From assembly GCA_030599585.1 (NCBI GenBank), contig JAUVNS010000001.1:347118-411117 (forward strand): a DNA stretch of 64,000 bases. The letters run 5' to 3'. A program made the translations under genes and the position numbers. The notes under the pieces were generated by a model. It was given only the letters and a program-made list of their open reading frames with translations. It was not told the DNA's origin and did no database searches. This DNA is from Promethearchaeota archaeon (lineage in GTDB: Archaea; Asgardarchaeota; Lokiarchaeia; Sigyniarchaeales; SOKP01). Shown one piece after another: positions 47,870 to 58,263 of the stretch (the stretch's first letter is position 1; each line of letters begins with the position of its first letter).

Positions 47870-48493
47870 ATGAGAGAAAAAAAGTTAAAAGTAACAGTTT
47901 TTTCGGATTACATCTGTCCTTTTTGCTACATCGGATTTTATCGCGTGGAGCAGCTTAGTAAAAATTACGATCTCGAGGTTGAGTGGAGACCATTTGAAAT
48001 TCATCCTGAAACACCAAAAGAGGGTAGGGATCTGAATAATTTACCCTATCCTAAAGAGTATTTAGATATGATGAAAGCAAATATAAAAAAACTTGCTGAT
48101 GATGTCGGAATATCATTAAACCTCTCAGAAAAGCTTCCAAACTCACGGTTAGCATTATATATATCGGAATTCGCTAGGAAGAAAGGTAAGTTTGACGATT
48201 TTCACAAGTTAGTTTTCGATTCTTATTGGAAGGATGGAAAAGATATTGGTGATCAGGCTTTGTTATTAGGTTTAGCAGAGAAAGTTGGTTTAAACAAGAA
48301 CGATCTACTTGAATACGTCAACAGCGAAGAGCCAAAATCCGAGTTAACAAAATCTCTTAAAGATTTAAGACAGTACGGAATAAATGGTGTACCAACATTC
48401 ATAATTGGAGACAAAATCGTAGTAGGCGCTCAACCCTACGATGTTTTTGAGAAAGTAATAGAAAACGCCCTACAAAATAAAGCGGTTATATAA
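47870..48493 (+). CDS. DsbA/FrnE-family thiol-disulfide oxidoreductase
   Basis: SDYICPFCYIG, PNS, GINGVPTF, GAQP. Confidence 0.9.
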   Translation: MREKKLKVTVFSDYICPFCYIGFYRVEQLSKNYDLEVEWRPFEIHPETPKEGRDLNNLPYPKEYLDMMKANIKKLADDVGISLNLSEKLPNSRLALYISEFARKKGKFDDFHKLVFDSYWKDGKDIGDQALLLGLAEKVGLNKNDLLEYVNSEEPKSELTKSLKDLRQYGINGVPTFIIGDKIVVGAQPYDVFEKVIENALQNKAVI

Positions 48494-48563
48494 TATAATA
48501 AAATATTTTTAAACGCTCAGAATATAATTTTACTTATACTATTATAAAAAGGATGTTTTAAGA

Positions 48564-48944
48564 TTGGACAAAAAAAATTTATGGTTAATTCTTGGTGCTT
48601 TTAACGCTGCCTTTGCAGTTCTAGCGGGAGCTTACGGCGCGCATCTAATTGATGTGGGTCACCCTGATTCTGCGATTCTTTTAACTTTTCAAAAAGCTGT
48701 GCGATATCAAATGTATCACGCTTTTGCTTTAATAATCGTAGCACTTTTAGCAAACACCATTAAACTAAAAATGGTAGATATCTCTGGATGGTTATTTTTA
48801 TCAGGTATCATCCTCTTTAGTGGGAGTCTTTATTTCATAGTCTTTACGGGGATTCAATGGATCGAATTTTTAGCCCCTATTGGTGGTTTTGCTTTCACTT
48901 TCGGTTGGTTGGGCTTGATGTACGTCGGATTTAAGAACAAGTAA
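48564..48944 (+). CDS. DUF423 (YgdD/TMEM256) membrane protein
   Basis: GAYGAH, YQMYH, LFSGSLY, APIGG. Confidence 0.9.
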   Translation: MDKKNLWLILGAFNAAFAVLAGAYGAHLIDVGHPDSAILLTFQKAVRYQMYHAFALIIVALLANTIKLKMVDISGWLFLSGIILFSGSLYFIVFTGIQWIEFLAPIGGFAFTFGWLGLMYVGFKNK

Positions 48945-49025
48945 TATCTTAACATGAAGAATTATTTTAATTTCCTTTATTTTTTTATTATAATATTAAC
49001 GTAATCATAGCAAGATAAGTTTATT

Positions 49026-49976
49026 ATGGATTTATTCACTCATTTGGTTGTTGGAGCCCTTATGTACTTACTTTTTATGAGGGATGTCACGCTTGATTTT
49101 TTGTTTATAGCCATTTTTTTCTCAGTATTACCTGATTTGGACATATTCTTGATGCCTTTAAAAAAAATTTTTAAGTCAAATTATTTTGAACATCGAGGAG
49201 GATCTCATTCATATATTATTGGTATTATTGTAGCAAGTATATTTGGCCTACTTTTCTTTATTTTAAGACAAAGACCATTCTTTATTGTTTGGATTATTGG
49301 ATCTTTATTTTATGGTTTGCATGTGTCAATGGACCTTCTTACTACTACTAGAATTCCGTATTTGTTTCCAATCTCTAGAAAAGAGCGTAGTTTTCACGTC
49401 GAAAAAGCGGGAAGTTTTTTCACGATGGTGAACTCTTTTATTTTTCTTATAACTTCTATGTTCATATCTGTTTTTTCTGCAAATATAATTGCCCTTAGGT
49501 TTTTCATTGATTTTTACACAATCTTTTTTCTTATTTATTATTTCTACCGAATAAGTTCCAAATTATGGTTTTCTTCAAAGCTTAATAAAAATCAGAAGTA
49601 TTTCCCTGGAGTCCTACCTTTCTTTTTCGTTATTTTTGAGAGGGAGCTTGTAGAGAATATTTTATCTTTAAGCTTAGTAAGAAAATCGCACTTTTCGAAA
49701 AATCAAGAGATTTTTAACTCTAAAACGATCTTGACAGATGAGGAAATGATTTTTTTCGAACAGGGGATGGCACTCTGTAATAAATATTATTATTTTGCAA
49801 AATGGACCGCTGTTCCAATATTTATTAGGAAGGAAGGCATTTTCGCAATTAGATTTTTCTTTATTGAAACTATGATGCGAAAAAGAACTATGTTTATTCA
49901 ATATGACTTTGATATTTTTACTCGACAAATGATTAGTGTTAATCGAACTTCAGGTCACAAAAAATTAGTCATTTAG
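49026..49976 (+). CDS. Membrane-bound metal-dependent hydrolase (YdjM-like)
   Basis: MD.FTH, LPDLD, HRGGSHS, H...D. Confidence 0.85.
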   Translation: MDLFTHLVVGALMYLLFMRDVTLDFLFIAIFFSVLPDLDIFLMPLKKIFKSNYFEHRGGSHSYIIGIIVASIFGLLFFILRQRPFFIVWIIGSLFYGLHVSMDLLTTTRIPYLFPISRKERSFHVEKAGSFFTMVNSFIFLITSMFISVFSANIIALRFFIDFYTIFFLIYYFYRISSKLWFSSKLNKNQKYFPGVLPFFFVIFERELVENILSLSLVRKSHFSKNQEIFNSKTILTDEEMIFFEQGMALCNKYYYFAKWTAVPIFIRKEGIFAIRFFFIETMMRKRTMFIQYDFDIFTRQMISVNRTSGHKKLVI

Positions 49977-50084
49977 TCAATAATTGCATACATTGAAAAC
50001 TACTAAACTCTAAGGTTTTGTTAATCCATCTGTAATACATTGATAACCAAAGAGTATAATAATTTCCATGTCTAAATTATTAAT

Positions 50085-50591
50085 GTGAAAAGGAAATCAA
50101 TTTTTTTAGTTATAGCAATATTTGTATTTTTGTGTTCTGAATTCATCCAGTATGTTTATGGAAATCCTGTTGCGTGGGATCTCCCTGAAAATCCCTTTTT
50201 TACTGTCCCCATATTAATTCTCATGTTTTTCGTAGGATCACGGATAGAGTACGCTTATTTTAATTCAAAAATTTTTAAACATTATAGATTTAACCCTCAA
50301 ATGTCAAAAAGCCATTATATTTTATTTTTAAAAATCAATCTTGTGACCTTTCCACTAACCCAAATCCTGGCTTATTTTTTCTATATGTATTTCATACTAT
50401 TCTTTTGGTTTTACGTGTTTCTCATAGAGATTGGAGTTGTTATCATTGAATCGTACCTTTTAAAAATTGAATTAAAAAGAATAGTTGTTGTAGAATTAAC
50501 TCCAAAATTTGTGATTAGAAATACAATTTCTGCGAATCTTATCTCTTTTCTCGTTGGATTCTTAGCTTATTTGCCTGTAGTTATTTTTTAA
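50085..50591 (+). CDS. Hypothetical membrane protein
   Basis: Several TM helices; IE...E and ANLISF..G pattern. Confidence 0.65.
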   Translation: MKRKSIFLVIAIFVFLCSEFIQYVYGNPVAWDLPENPFFTVPILILMFFVGSRIEYAYFNSKIFKHYRFNPQMSKSHYILFLKINLVTFPLTQILAYFFYMYFILFFWFYVFLIEIGVVIIESYLLKIELKRIVVVELTPKFVIRNTISANLISFLVGFLAYLPVVIF

Positions 50592-50596
50592 ACAAA

Positions 50597-51991
50597 TTAA
50601 CCAATTCTTTTCTTATTACTTTTTAATATCGATATTAATGCTATTGGAGAAATAACACAAGCTAAACCTACAACGCTGAAGAGAAAGTAATCCTTTATGT
50701 TCAAAATCTCTCGGGGATCGGGTGGAAAACCTCCATCTACGGGATTCTTGACTAAAACACTGTATTCATTCATGTCACTCCATATTGTTTTGTACTCGCA
50801 GGTACAGATAAAATATATATTATTATCTAAATCAATATTCAGATACCCTGGTCTTTCATCAAAGGGACCGCCCCAAATAATTCTAGAAAGAAATTCACCA
50901 ATACTATTAATTTTAACCAAATTAATGTTTCCTAATCCATTATTTTGGATGATGTAAACATTGCCGTGTAAATCCTTAGTTAGAAATACCTGAAAAGGGT
51001 AAGAGAAACTTACATAATCGGTTAGCGAAAAATTCCATTTTTGATCAAGATTTAAATCATAACATGAAACTAACAAAGCACGGCTATTATACACTAATAA
51101 ATCATTCAAATACCATATATATCCATCATTATATTCGAAATTATCTATTAATATTTCCTTGATTTGGTCCCCTGTACTATTTAGTTTAAGAATAAATGCT
51201 GTCGTATAATTCTTACCCCCCATAACATACAAATTATCGTTCGAATCAGTTATAAATTTTGGAAAAGGATAATCTATACGTATTTGCCATAATATGGTCC
51301 CTGAAGCATTAATTTTAGCTATATACCATACAGAATTTTTCTTATAATCGAGGTAAATGTTATTTCCAGAGTCTTTGACGATATAAAGGGGTCTAAAATA
51401 TAAATCGATATCAAATGAGGTGTCCCATAAAAACTCCCCAGTATCATTAAATTTCATTATAACCAATTTCCTAGGATCCTTACTTGCTCCGACAACTAGA
51501 AGAGAATTATTTTCACTTAAAACGCAAGAAATATCATATAACTCTAGACTAATTTGTTTTGAAAATAGAAGGGCTCCCGATGAATTTAATTTTATTAATG
51601 AAAAAATATGTGAATAATAGAAATCATTCAAAATAATCAAATTATTTTCGTCGTCAAAGAAATAAGAGATTCGGGTTCTACCACTTAATTTTAAGGAAAA
51701 TTCCCACTCTTTCTCTCCCGATGTATTAAAATTCGATACATATAAGTATTCTTTGGTGTTATCCTCTACTCTCAGGCTTCCGATAGTATATAAAGAACCA
51801 TTAACTAATTCAAAATAAAAGTAGTTTAAATCTCCTTCTTTTACGATTTTTGACCAAGAATCCGAATTTGATGAACCTAACGGGTAATTTTGATGAGACA
51901 TTTCAAAATTTTGAAGAACATTTTCTGTAAAAGATATTAAACTGCTTATTATTATGAATATAACGAGACTTATCCAAGAGATTTTTTTCAT
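50597..51991 (-). CDS. Secreted beta-propeller-like protein with C-terminal anchor
   Basis: Signal-like N-terminus; repeated KxNxxGxxxW and DxxxNIY units; C-terminal TM. Confidence 0.75.
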   Translation of the reverse strand: MKKISWISLVIFIIISSLISFTENVLQNFEMSHQNYPLGSSNSDSWSKIVKEGDLNYFYFELVNGSLYTIGSLRVEDNTKEYLYVSNFNTSGEKEWEFSLKLSGRTRISYFFDDENNLIILNDFYYSHIFSLIKLNSSGALLFSKQISLELYDISCVLSENNSLLVVGASKDPRKLVIMKFNDTGEFLWDTSFDIDLYFRPLYIVKDSGNNIYLDYKKNSVWYIAKINASGTILWQIRIDYPFPKFITDSNDNLYVMGGKNYTTAFILKLNSTGDQIKEILIDNFEYNDGYIWYLNDLLVYNSRALLVSCYDLNLDQKWNFSLTDYVSFSYPFQVFLTKDLHGNVYIIQNNGLGNINLVKINSIGEFLSRIIWGGPFDERPGYLNIDLDNNIYFICTCEYKTIWSDMNEYSVLVKNPVDGGFPPDPREILNIKDYFLFSVVGLACVISPIALISILKSNKKRIG

Positions 51992-52265
51992 GAGATAGAT
52001 ATCTGCATTTTAGTCAATATTACTAATTTAATTTGTAACCATAAAATACTATCTGATGATCAGGAAAGAGGATAAAATTTTGTTGGTTGGTGATTTCCAT
52101 GTAAGTTAACTTCAAATTTTGAATAAACCAAAGTAAAATTTTAAATTTACTGCAACTTAAAACTTACAAGCTATATTTCAGATTAATAAAATTAATTGAT
52201 AAATTTCATATTGCCTCATAATTAATTTAATCTTAATATCAAATGTATTTAAATTATTTAAGGAC

Positions 52266-53723
52266 ATGAAAATACCTCGCTGTATGAGTACCCAACATCC
52301 CGATAATGTCCACCTTCCTTTTTTCGCTGAATCTCCTGATCTGGGAGGCGAGGATGAAATTCAGGAAGCCTATTATGCTTATTCACATCTTAAGTGCGAT
52401 GAGCAAATGTGGGATGCGGAGGGAAAAGAAGTTGATGGATTCGTGGTAAAAAAACTCTTAACTAAATTCCCTGATTTTTTTTCAGATAACCGGCTAGGAA
52501 AAGATGTATTTTTAACTATAAGAGTTCCAAACCCCAAAGAAGAAAAAGCAGAAGCAAAGGTTCTAATTGAGACTCTGGAAAGCATTCCGCGTTCGTTTGA
52601 TGCTGCAAACATGTATTTTAAGGATGATATCGCTCCTATTTTTGAAGTGATCCTTCCCATGACAACATCAGAGCAGGGACTTGACAGAATTTATAATTAT
52701 TATAATAAATTTGTGGTAGGAAAGCAATTTTATCCTACTATTGACGGTGATATCCTAATCTCAGATTGGGTTGGTGAATTTAAACCTCATAATATAAACG
52801 TAATCCCTCTTGTTGAGGATAAGCAACACATGCTTTTTTCTCATTTACTATTAAAATCCTACCTTAGCGATAAAGACTTTGAATACCAGAGGATTTTTTT
52901 CGCTCGATCAGACCCTGCTTTAAATTACGGGCTATTATCCGCTGTGATAGTAAATAAAATAGCTCATCAAAGAATTCATCAATTGGAAGAAGAAATTAGC
53001 GTGGATTTATATCCAATTATTGGAGTAGGTTCTGCGCCTTTTAGAGGAAATTTGCGGCCAGACACAGTTGAGAGAGTAATAAAAGAATATCCAAGCGTAC
53101 AGACTTTTACAGTTCAATCGGCCTTTAAGTATGATTATCCTCCAAATGTCGTTTCAAAAGCAATCAATCAACTTTGCGAAACACCAAGAAGTAGACCACA
53201 TTACATGGAAGAAGAACGATGCATTGAAATTGTAGAAAGATATTCCGAAGAATATGGAAAACATGTTATGAAATTAGCGCCATTCATTAACAAAGTTGCA
53301 AAATATGTCCCGAAAAGAAGAAAGAGAAAACTTCACATTGGATTATTTGGTTACGGTCGCACAATGGGGAATCACCGTTTACCTCGAGCAATTGGTTTCA
53401 CAGCTTCTCTCTGTTCTATGGGATTACCACCGGCATTACTTGGATTAAACGCATTAACTCAGAAGGATTACGATTTTATACTTACTCAATACATAAATTT
53501 TGAAGAAGACCTTCGGGATGCTCTGAAATATTTTAATCCTGAAAATCCTTTTACGCCCAAGTCTATAAGCAAAAAAGTAAAGGAATTAGCATTAGACTAT
53601 GAAATGGATGAAAAACACAAAAATGTAACTGATTACATTATAAATTCTCTGAGGGCTAATAAAACAGAGGACCTGTCAGTAAAAATCCTAATGGCGGCAA
53701 ATCAAAGGAGATACCTTGGATAG
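52266..53723 (+). CDS. ppcA: Archaeal-type phosphoenolpyruvate carboxylase
   Basis: IPRCMSTQHPDN, MWDAEGK, ARSDPALNYG, GSAPFRG, LPRAI.F. Confidence 0.95.
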   Translation: MKIPRCMSTQHPDNVHLPFFAESPDLGGEDEIQEAYYAYSHLKCDEQMWDAEGKEVDGFVVKKLLTKFPDFFSDNRLGKDVFLTIRVPNPKEEKAEAKVLIETLESIPRSFDAANMYFKDDIAPIFEVILPMTTSEQGLDRIYNYYNKFVVGKQFYPTIDGDILISDWVGEFKPHNINVIPLVEDKQHMLFSHLLLKSYLSDKDFEYQRIFFARSDPALNYGLLSAVIVNKIAHQRIHQLEEEISVDLYPIIGVGSAPFRGNLRPDTVERVIKEYPSVQTFTVQSAFKYDYPPNVVSKAINQLCETPRSRPHYMEEERCIEIVERYSEEYGKHVMKLAPFINKVAKYVPKRRKRKLHIGLFGYGRTMGNHRLPRAIGFTASLCSMGLPPALLGLNALTQKDYDFILTQYINFEEDLRDALKYFNPENPFTPKSISKKVKELALDYEMDEKHKNVTDYIINSLRANKTEDLSVKILMAANQRRYLG

Positions 53724-53743
53724 GAAATGGCAAGTTTTCCTTT

Positions 53744-54085
53744 CTAATTTTTTATTATAACCTTTAATATTTTTTCAATTTCATTCAATTCTTCTGAATT
53801 AGGACTTAAAATACATGATTTAACGACTTTTCCTTCTTGCATTGTTATAACTCCAGACAATTTCACTCTATTTTTAATGTGACTTGCCTCATTTGCTATG
53901 GCTTCATTAAAAATTGACGCTATTTTGTTGTATTGCTGTTGAGTAATTTTTTTTTTCACATAATCTCCCCCGTCGTAAATCCCACTTGAACTAAATTTGG
54001 GCTTGATGGGATTATATTCAATGGTATCTTGTTCTATTATGTATTGATTGCCATTTCCATCGCCGTAATCAATCATGGTTTTCAA
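53744..54085 (-). CDS. Hypothetical protein
   Basis: DGNGNQY...Y.PIKP..SSSGIYDGG; start uncertain. Confidence 0.6.
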   Translation of the reverse strand: MKTMIDYGDGNGNQYIIEQDTIEYNPIKPKFSSSGIYDGGDYVKKKITQQQYNKIASIFNEAIANEASHIKNRVKLSGVITMQEGKVVKSCILSPNSEELNEIEKILKVIIKN

Positions 54086-54380
54086 CTTTACTTATTCGCG
54101 TTTTAAATTCCTTATACCAAACTTCTCGCCCTTGTTTCTGAGCAATAAGATGTTCAGCGTTTTGTTTCCAAGCTTTAATAGACTCGAAGTCTGACCAATA
54201 CGACACAGTAATGCCAATATTTTCCCTTACTGACTCAACACCTAAGAATCCAGGTTGCTGGGATGCGGGTTTAACCATTCTCTCGGTCATTTCACCGTAC
54301 CCATTGTCACCTTCTGTTCTAAGAGATGTGAAGATAACAGCATAGTATGGAGGCTCAGGGGTTTGTGCAATTTTCGACAT
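54069..54380 (-). CDS. Antibiotic-biosynthesis monooxygenase (ABM) family protein
   Basis: MSKIAQTPEPPYYAVIFTS, QPGFLGVES, GITVSYW, EH..AQ..G...WY; ATG 54380 preceded by AGGAGAG. Confidence 0.85.
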   Translation of the reverse strand: MSKIAQTPEPPYYAVIFTSLRTEGDNGYGEMTERMVKPASQQPGFLGVESVRENIGITVSYWSDFESIKAWKQNAEHLIAQKQGREVWYKEFKTRISKVENHD

Positions 54381-54489
54381 AATTTCTCTCCTATTGATGC
54401 CTAACATCTTTTATCAATTATTAAATTTAAGTTGCATCATAATATTAAAAGTAAAAATTAAAAAAAAAAAAATTATTTATATTGCATAG

Positions 54490-56565
54490 CTAAGTGCCAT
54501 TATTCACAAGATTATCTATTAACCATTGAGCAGCAGAGATTAGTAGGTCAGCTTCTTCATTTGTAAGTTTCTTTCCTCTCATTGCTTCAACTTGATGTAT
54601 AAAAGCCTCGATTTGGTGGATTGCTACATCCGTGAGTCCCATTTCTATTGAATCTTGAGCAACTTCTAATTTTATAATAAGACTCTCCTCCGATACTCCC
54701 GGTAAATCTAATTCTTCTACATCTTCTATGATCTCTTCAGCAGCTTCTTCCGGGCTTTCAACGATTATCGTAAAGGAAGTGCTGCCTATACCACCGTCAT
54801 CATCCGTGATGGTGAGAGTCACAGTATATTCACCTGCTTCGGCATAGGCATGTGTTGGTATTAATGTATCTGAAGCGGAATTAAGGTCACCAAAATCCCA
54901 GGTAATAAAGTGAGAATCATATATCCCAGGATCAAAAAAGCTTCCGTGAAATTCGATTACATCTGAAGGTAAAATAAAGTTTGGAAACGGTTGCATCACT
55001 TGGTCTATTAATACCATTGGGGCAACATTATTAACCGTAACAGTTGTATCATCTGTCACTTCAACTGTACCATCAGAAACCTGAACGACTACTTGACCGG
55101 TATAATCATCGAACCAAGTATATTCTGAGACGGGATTGGAATCCCAATCCGTATCCCAAGACCCATCGCTATCAAAATCCCAACGAAATTGCAAGGGATC
55201 ATTATCCGGGTCGGTGCTTCCACTAGCATCAAAAACGACCGTTTCACCCTCACTAGCGTCTTGCTGAAGACCAGCAACTGCTAAAGGCGGTTGGTTCTCT
55301 ACAACTTCAATTTCTGTTAAGAACCCCATGTTAATAAGCTCATCCCCAGAAATTGCTTTCCAGTTCCCTACATTATCACGTATTTCTACATGTACAACAT
55401 GCCATGTTCCAGTCTCACTATATTGTGGGAATTCTACAGTGCGTTCATACACACCATCTAATTCATCTCCTGAAATACGGTGCCAGTGATTGACCCAATT
55501 CCCCCTAGTTTGAGTTCCAGAAGGGCTAGCTATAAGCCAACTAGCTTGAGATACTCCAGAAAATTCATCCGTAAGTCTCAAAGTAAAAGTAACTATTTGA
55601 GAACTTGCACTTACATCTATCGTAGTTGGAGTAAAGTCTAATTCTGTTAATTCTGGTGGTGCTAAATCTTCAGGATTTGAAATTACTTCTATAGTGGTTT
55701 CGAATCCTAGTTCTATGAGATCATCCTCAGAGATTGCTACCCAGATCCCTACATTATCGCGCAATTCTACATGTACAACATGCCACGTCCCAGCTTCACT
55801 ATATTGTGGGAATTCTACAGTACGTTCATACACACCATCTAATTCATCTCCGGATATACGATGCCAATGATTGACCCAATTCCCCCTAGTTTGAGTTCCA
55901 GAAGGGCTAGCTATAAGCCAACTAGCTTGAGATACTCCAGATAATTCATCCGTAAGTCTTAAAGTAAAAGTAACTATTTGAGAACTTGCACTTACATCTA
56001 TCATAGTTGGATTGAAGTCAAATCCTTCTAAATTTGGGGAAGCTAGGTCAGGCCCTCCAACAACGAGAATTTTTGTTTCTATTCCCAGTTCTATGAGATC
56101 ATCCTCAGAGATTGCTACCCAATTCCCTACATTATCACGCATTTCTACATGTACAACATGCCACATCCCAGCTTCACTATATTGTGGGAATTCCACAGTC
56201 CGTTCATACACACCATCTAATTCACCTCCTGAAATACGGTGCTCGTGATTGACCCAATTCCCCCTAGTTTGAGTTCCAGAAGGGCTAGCTATAAGCCAAC
56301 TAGCTTGAGATACTCCAGATAATTCATCTATAAGTCTCAAAGTAAAAGTAACTATTTGAGAACTTGCACTTACATCTATCGTAGTTGGAGTAAAGTCTAA
56401 TTCTGTTAATTCTGGTGGTGTTAAATCCCCGCTAGAAATTCTGTATTTCTCTATTTCATGATTTCCATTGCTATAATTAATTATCGTTCCTATTTGAGGA
56501 AATACGAATATTAAAAATATAGCAAAAACGATACCTATCGAAAACATCTTGTTAGTTCTTGTCAT
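54490..56565 (-). CDS. Secreted protein with three tandem ~126-aa repeats, PKD domains and a helical C-terminal domain
   Basis: N-terminal TM/signal; repeats D..PP.L..LDF.PTTIDVS; PKD signatures FDASGS.DPD, WDFD.DG, WDFGD, H.Y...G.YTV.LT..D.DG. Confidence 0.85.
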   Translation of the reverse strand: MTRTNKMFSIGIVFAIFLIFVFPQIGTIINYSNGNHEIEKYRISSGDLTPPELTELDFTPTTIDVSASSQIVTFTLRLIDELSGVSQASWLIASPSGTQTRGNWVNHEHRISGGELDGVYERTVEFPQYSEAGMWHVVHVEMRDNVGNWVAISEDDLIELGIETKILVVGGPDLASPNLEGFDFNPTMIDVSASSQIVTFTLRLTDELSGVSQASWLIASPSGTQTRGNWVNHWHRISGDELDGVYERTVEFPQYSEAGTWHVVHVELRDNVGIWVAISEDDLIELGFETTIEVISNPEDLAPPELTELDFTPTTIDVSASSQIVTFTLRLTDEFSGVSQASWLIASPSGTQTRGNWVNHWHRISGDELDGVYERTVEFPQYSETGTWHVVHVEIRDNVGNWKAISGDELINMGFLTEIEVVENQPPLAVAGLQQDASEGETVVFDASGSTDPDNDPLQFRWDFDSDGSWDTDWDSNPVSEYTWFDDYTGQVVVQVSDGTVEVTDDTTVTVNNVAPMVLIDQVMQPFPNFILPSDVIEFHGSFFDPGIYDSHFITWDFGDLNSASDTLIPTHAYAEAGEYTVTLTITDDDGGIGSTSFTIIVESPEEAAEEIIEDVEELDLPGVSEESLIIKLEVAQDSIEMGLTDVAIHQIEAFIHQVEAMRGKKLTNEEADLLISAAQWLIDNLVNNGT
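55300..56430. repeat. Three near-identical intragenic tandem repeats, 378-381 bp period
   Basis: GAAGGGCTAGCTATAAGCCAACTAGCTTGAGATACTCCAGA recurs at 55520, 55901 and 56279; outer boundaries approximate. Confidence 0.9.
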
Positions 56566-57005
56566 ACAATTTACACCTTTTTTTTAAATTCAACTCTTGT
56601 TTCTTTATATATGCATACAATTAAGTATGGGGTTTTTTATTTTCAAAATTGAACGTCAAGTATCGAATTATTAGTGGATTTGCTCATTTCCTCAAAAATT
56701 TGTGTTGATCCTCACCCATTAATCTTCGATTCAGAGATCAAATTTGATTAAAGAAGAAAAATTACAGAATCATATTTAATTATTCGTCAAAATTCTACCG
56801 GTAAATTCTACATTCTACTTGTAAAGCTTTTGATTTTTATTGAGGCTAAATAGATGAGTCTCATTAACAAACCAGATTGGTATTAAAAGAGAATTAAAAG
56901 AGAATTAAATTAATCTATTTGCTCTAAAATCGTAACTGAAGCCACGATGAGTGCGCTACAAAAATGGTCGGGATATTTAAATAACAAAGATTTTAGCGAT
57001 TGAAA

Positions 57006-58106
57006 TTAGATTTTCGTTAAGAAAGGATAATCGGTATAACCTCTCTCACCAGGAGTGTAAAAGGTAGTCTTATCATATCGTGTTATATCACTACTAAGCT
57101 CAAATCTTTTTGGGAGATCTGGATTAGAAATAAAAAGCCTTCCAAACGCTACGAGATCTGCTAGATTCTCTTTTAAAACGCTATTCCCTTTTTCTTGGTC
57201 AAATTTATTGTTTATCATTAAACACCCTTGATATAATGGTCTAAAATGTTTTGCTATCTTGGATACAGCAAAGGGTACGTTAGTTACATCATTGAATGGC
57301 TCGGATAAATGTAAATAAGCCAAGTTGTAACTGTTCAGTTTTTCTACTATATATTCAAAAATAGGAATAGTTTCTTCGTCAACTGTAATTCCAAATATTT
57401 CGTTAAATGAAGGATTTAGTCTCGCTCCAATACGATTCTCTGGTATTACTCCTTTGATCGCATCGATAACCTCGAATAGAAACCTGGCTCGATTTTCAAT
57501 TGAACCTCCATACTCATCCTTTCTTTTGTTAGAACAGCCCGTAAAAAATTGATGGAATAAATACCCGTTTGAGGAGTGAATCTCTACGCCGTCAAATCCC
57601 GCTTTTATAGCATTACTCGCTGCATTCTTGAAATCTTGAACTGTCTGTTTAATGTCAGCGATAGTCATTACCCTAGGAGTAACAGTGTCTTTAAACCCTT
57701 CAAATGTGAATGTTTTCGATTTAGGGTTTATTGCAGATGGAGCCAGCGGTGGTTCGCCATTGTGAAGATCAGGATGCGACATTCTTCCAACGTGCCATAA
57801 TTGGATAAATATTTTTCCTTCCTTTTTATGAACAGCATCGGTCACTAATTTCCAACCTTCCACTTGCGCTTCTGAATAGATACCGGGAGTGCTAATGTAA
57901 CCGACAGCATCTTTCGAGACTTGAGACCCACAAGTAATTATCAGCCCCGCAGACGATCTCTGGCCATAATGTTTGGCTTGAAGCTCAGTGGGGCGATGCT
58001 CTGGATTATTAGCCCGACTACGCGTCATGGGAGCCATTATCATCCTATTTTTTAGGTGTAAATCTCCCATCATTATTTCTCTTAAAAGAGGTTGTACTTT
58101 AGGCAT
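57006..58106 (-). CDS. Old yellow enzyme / alkene reductase (NemA-like)
   Basis: MAPMTRSR, QLWHVGR, GFDGVEIHSSNGYL, DEYGGSIENRARF, FGR.FISNPDL. Confidence 0.95.
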   Translation of the reverse strand: MPKVQPLLREIMMGDLHLKNRMIMAPMTRSRANNPEHRPTELQAKHYGQRSSAGLIITCGSQVSKDAVGYISTPGIYSEAQVEGWKLVTDAVHKKEGKIFIQLWHVGRMSHPDLHNGEPPLAPSAINPKSKTFTFEGFKDTVTPRVMTIADIKQTVQDFKNAASNAIKAGFDGVEIHSSNGYLFHQFFTGCSNKRKDEYGGSIENRARFLFEVIDAIKGVIPENRIGARLNPSFNEIFGITVDEETIPIFEYIVEKLNSYNLAYLHLSEPFNDVTNVPFAVSKIAKHFRPLYQGCLMINNKFDQEKGNSVLKENLADLVAFGRLFISNPDLPKRFELSSDITRYDKTTFYTPGERGYTDYPFLTKI

Positions 58107-58263
58107 ATCTGATCGTTTTGAATTTGATGTGTTTTTTAATATTTCTATTTATTGATACTATTTAACGCTACTCAGTATAATCTATAATTACATAAAATAC
58201 AAAATTCTCAACAACTAAATTAAGTAAAATTAATGGAAAAAAAAAAGAAATAAGGATTAACAG

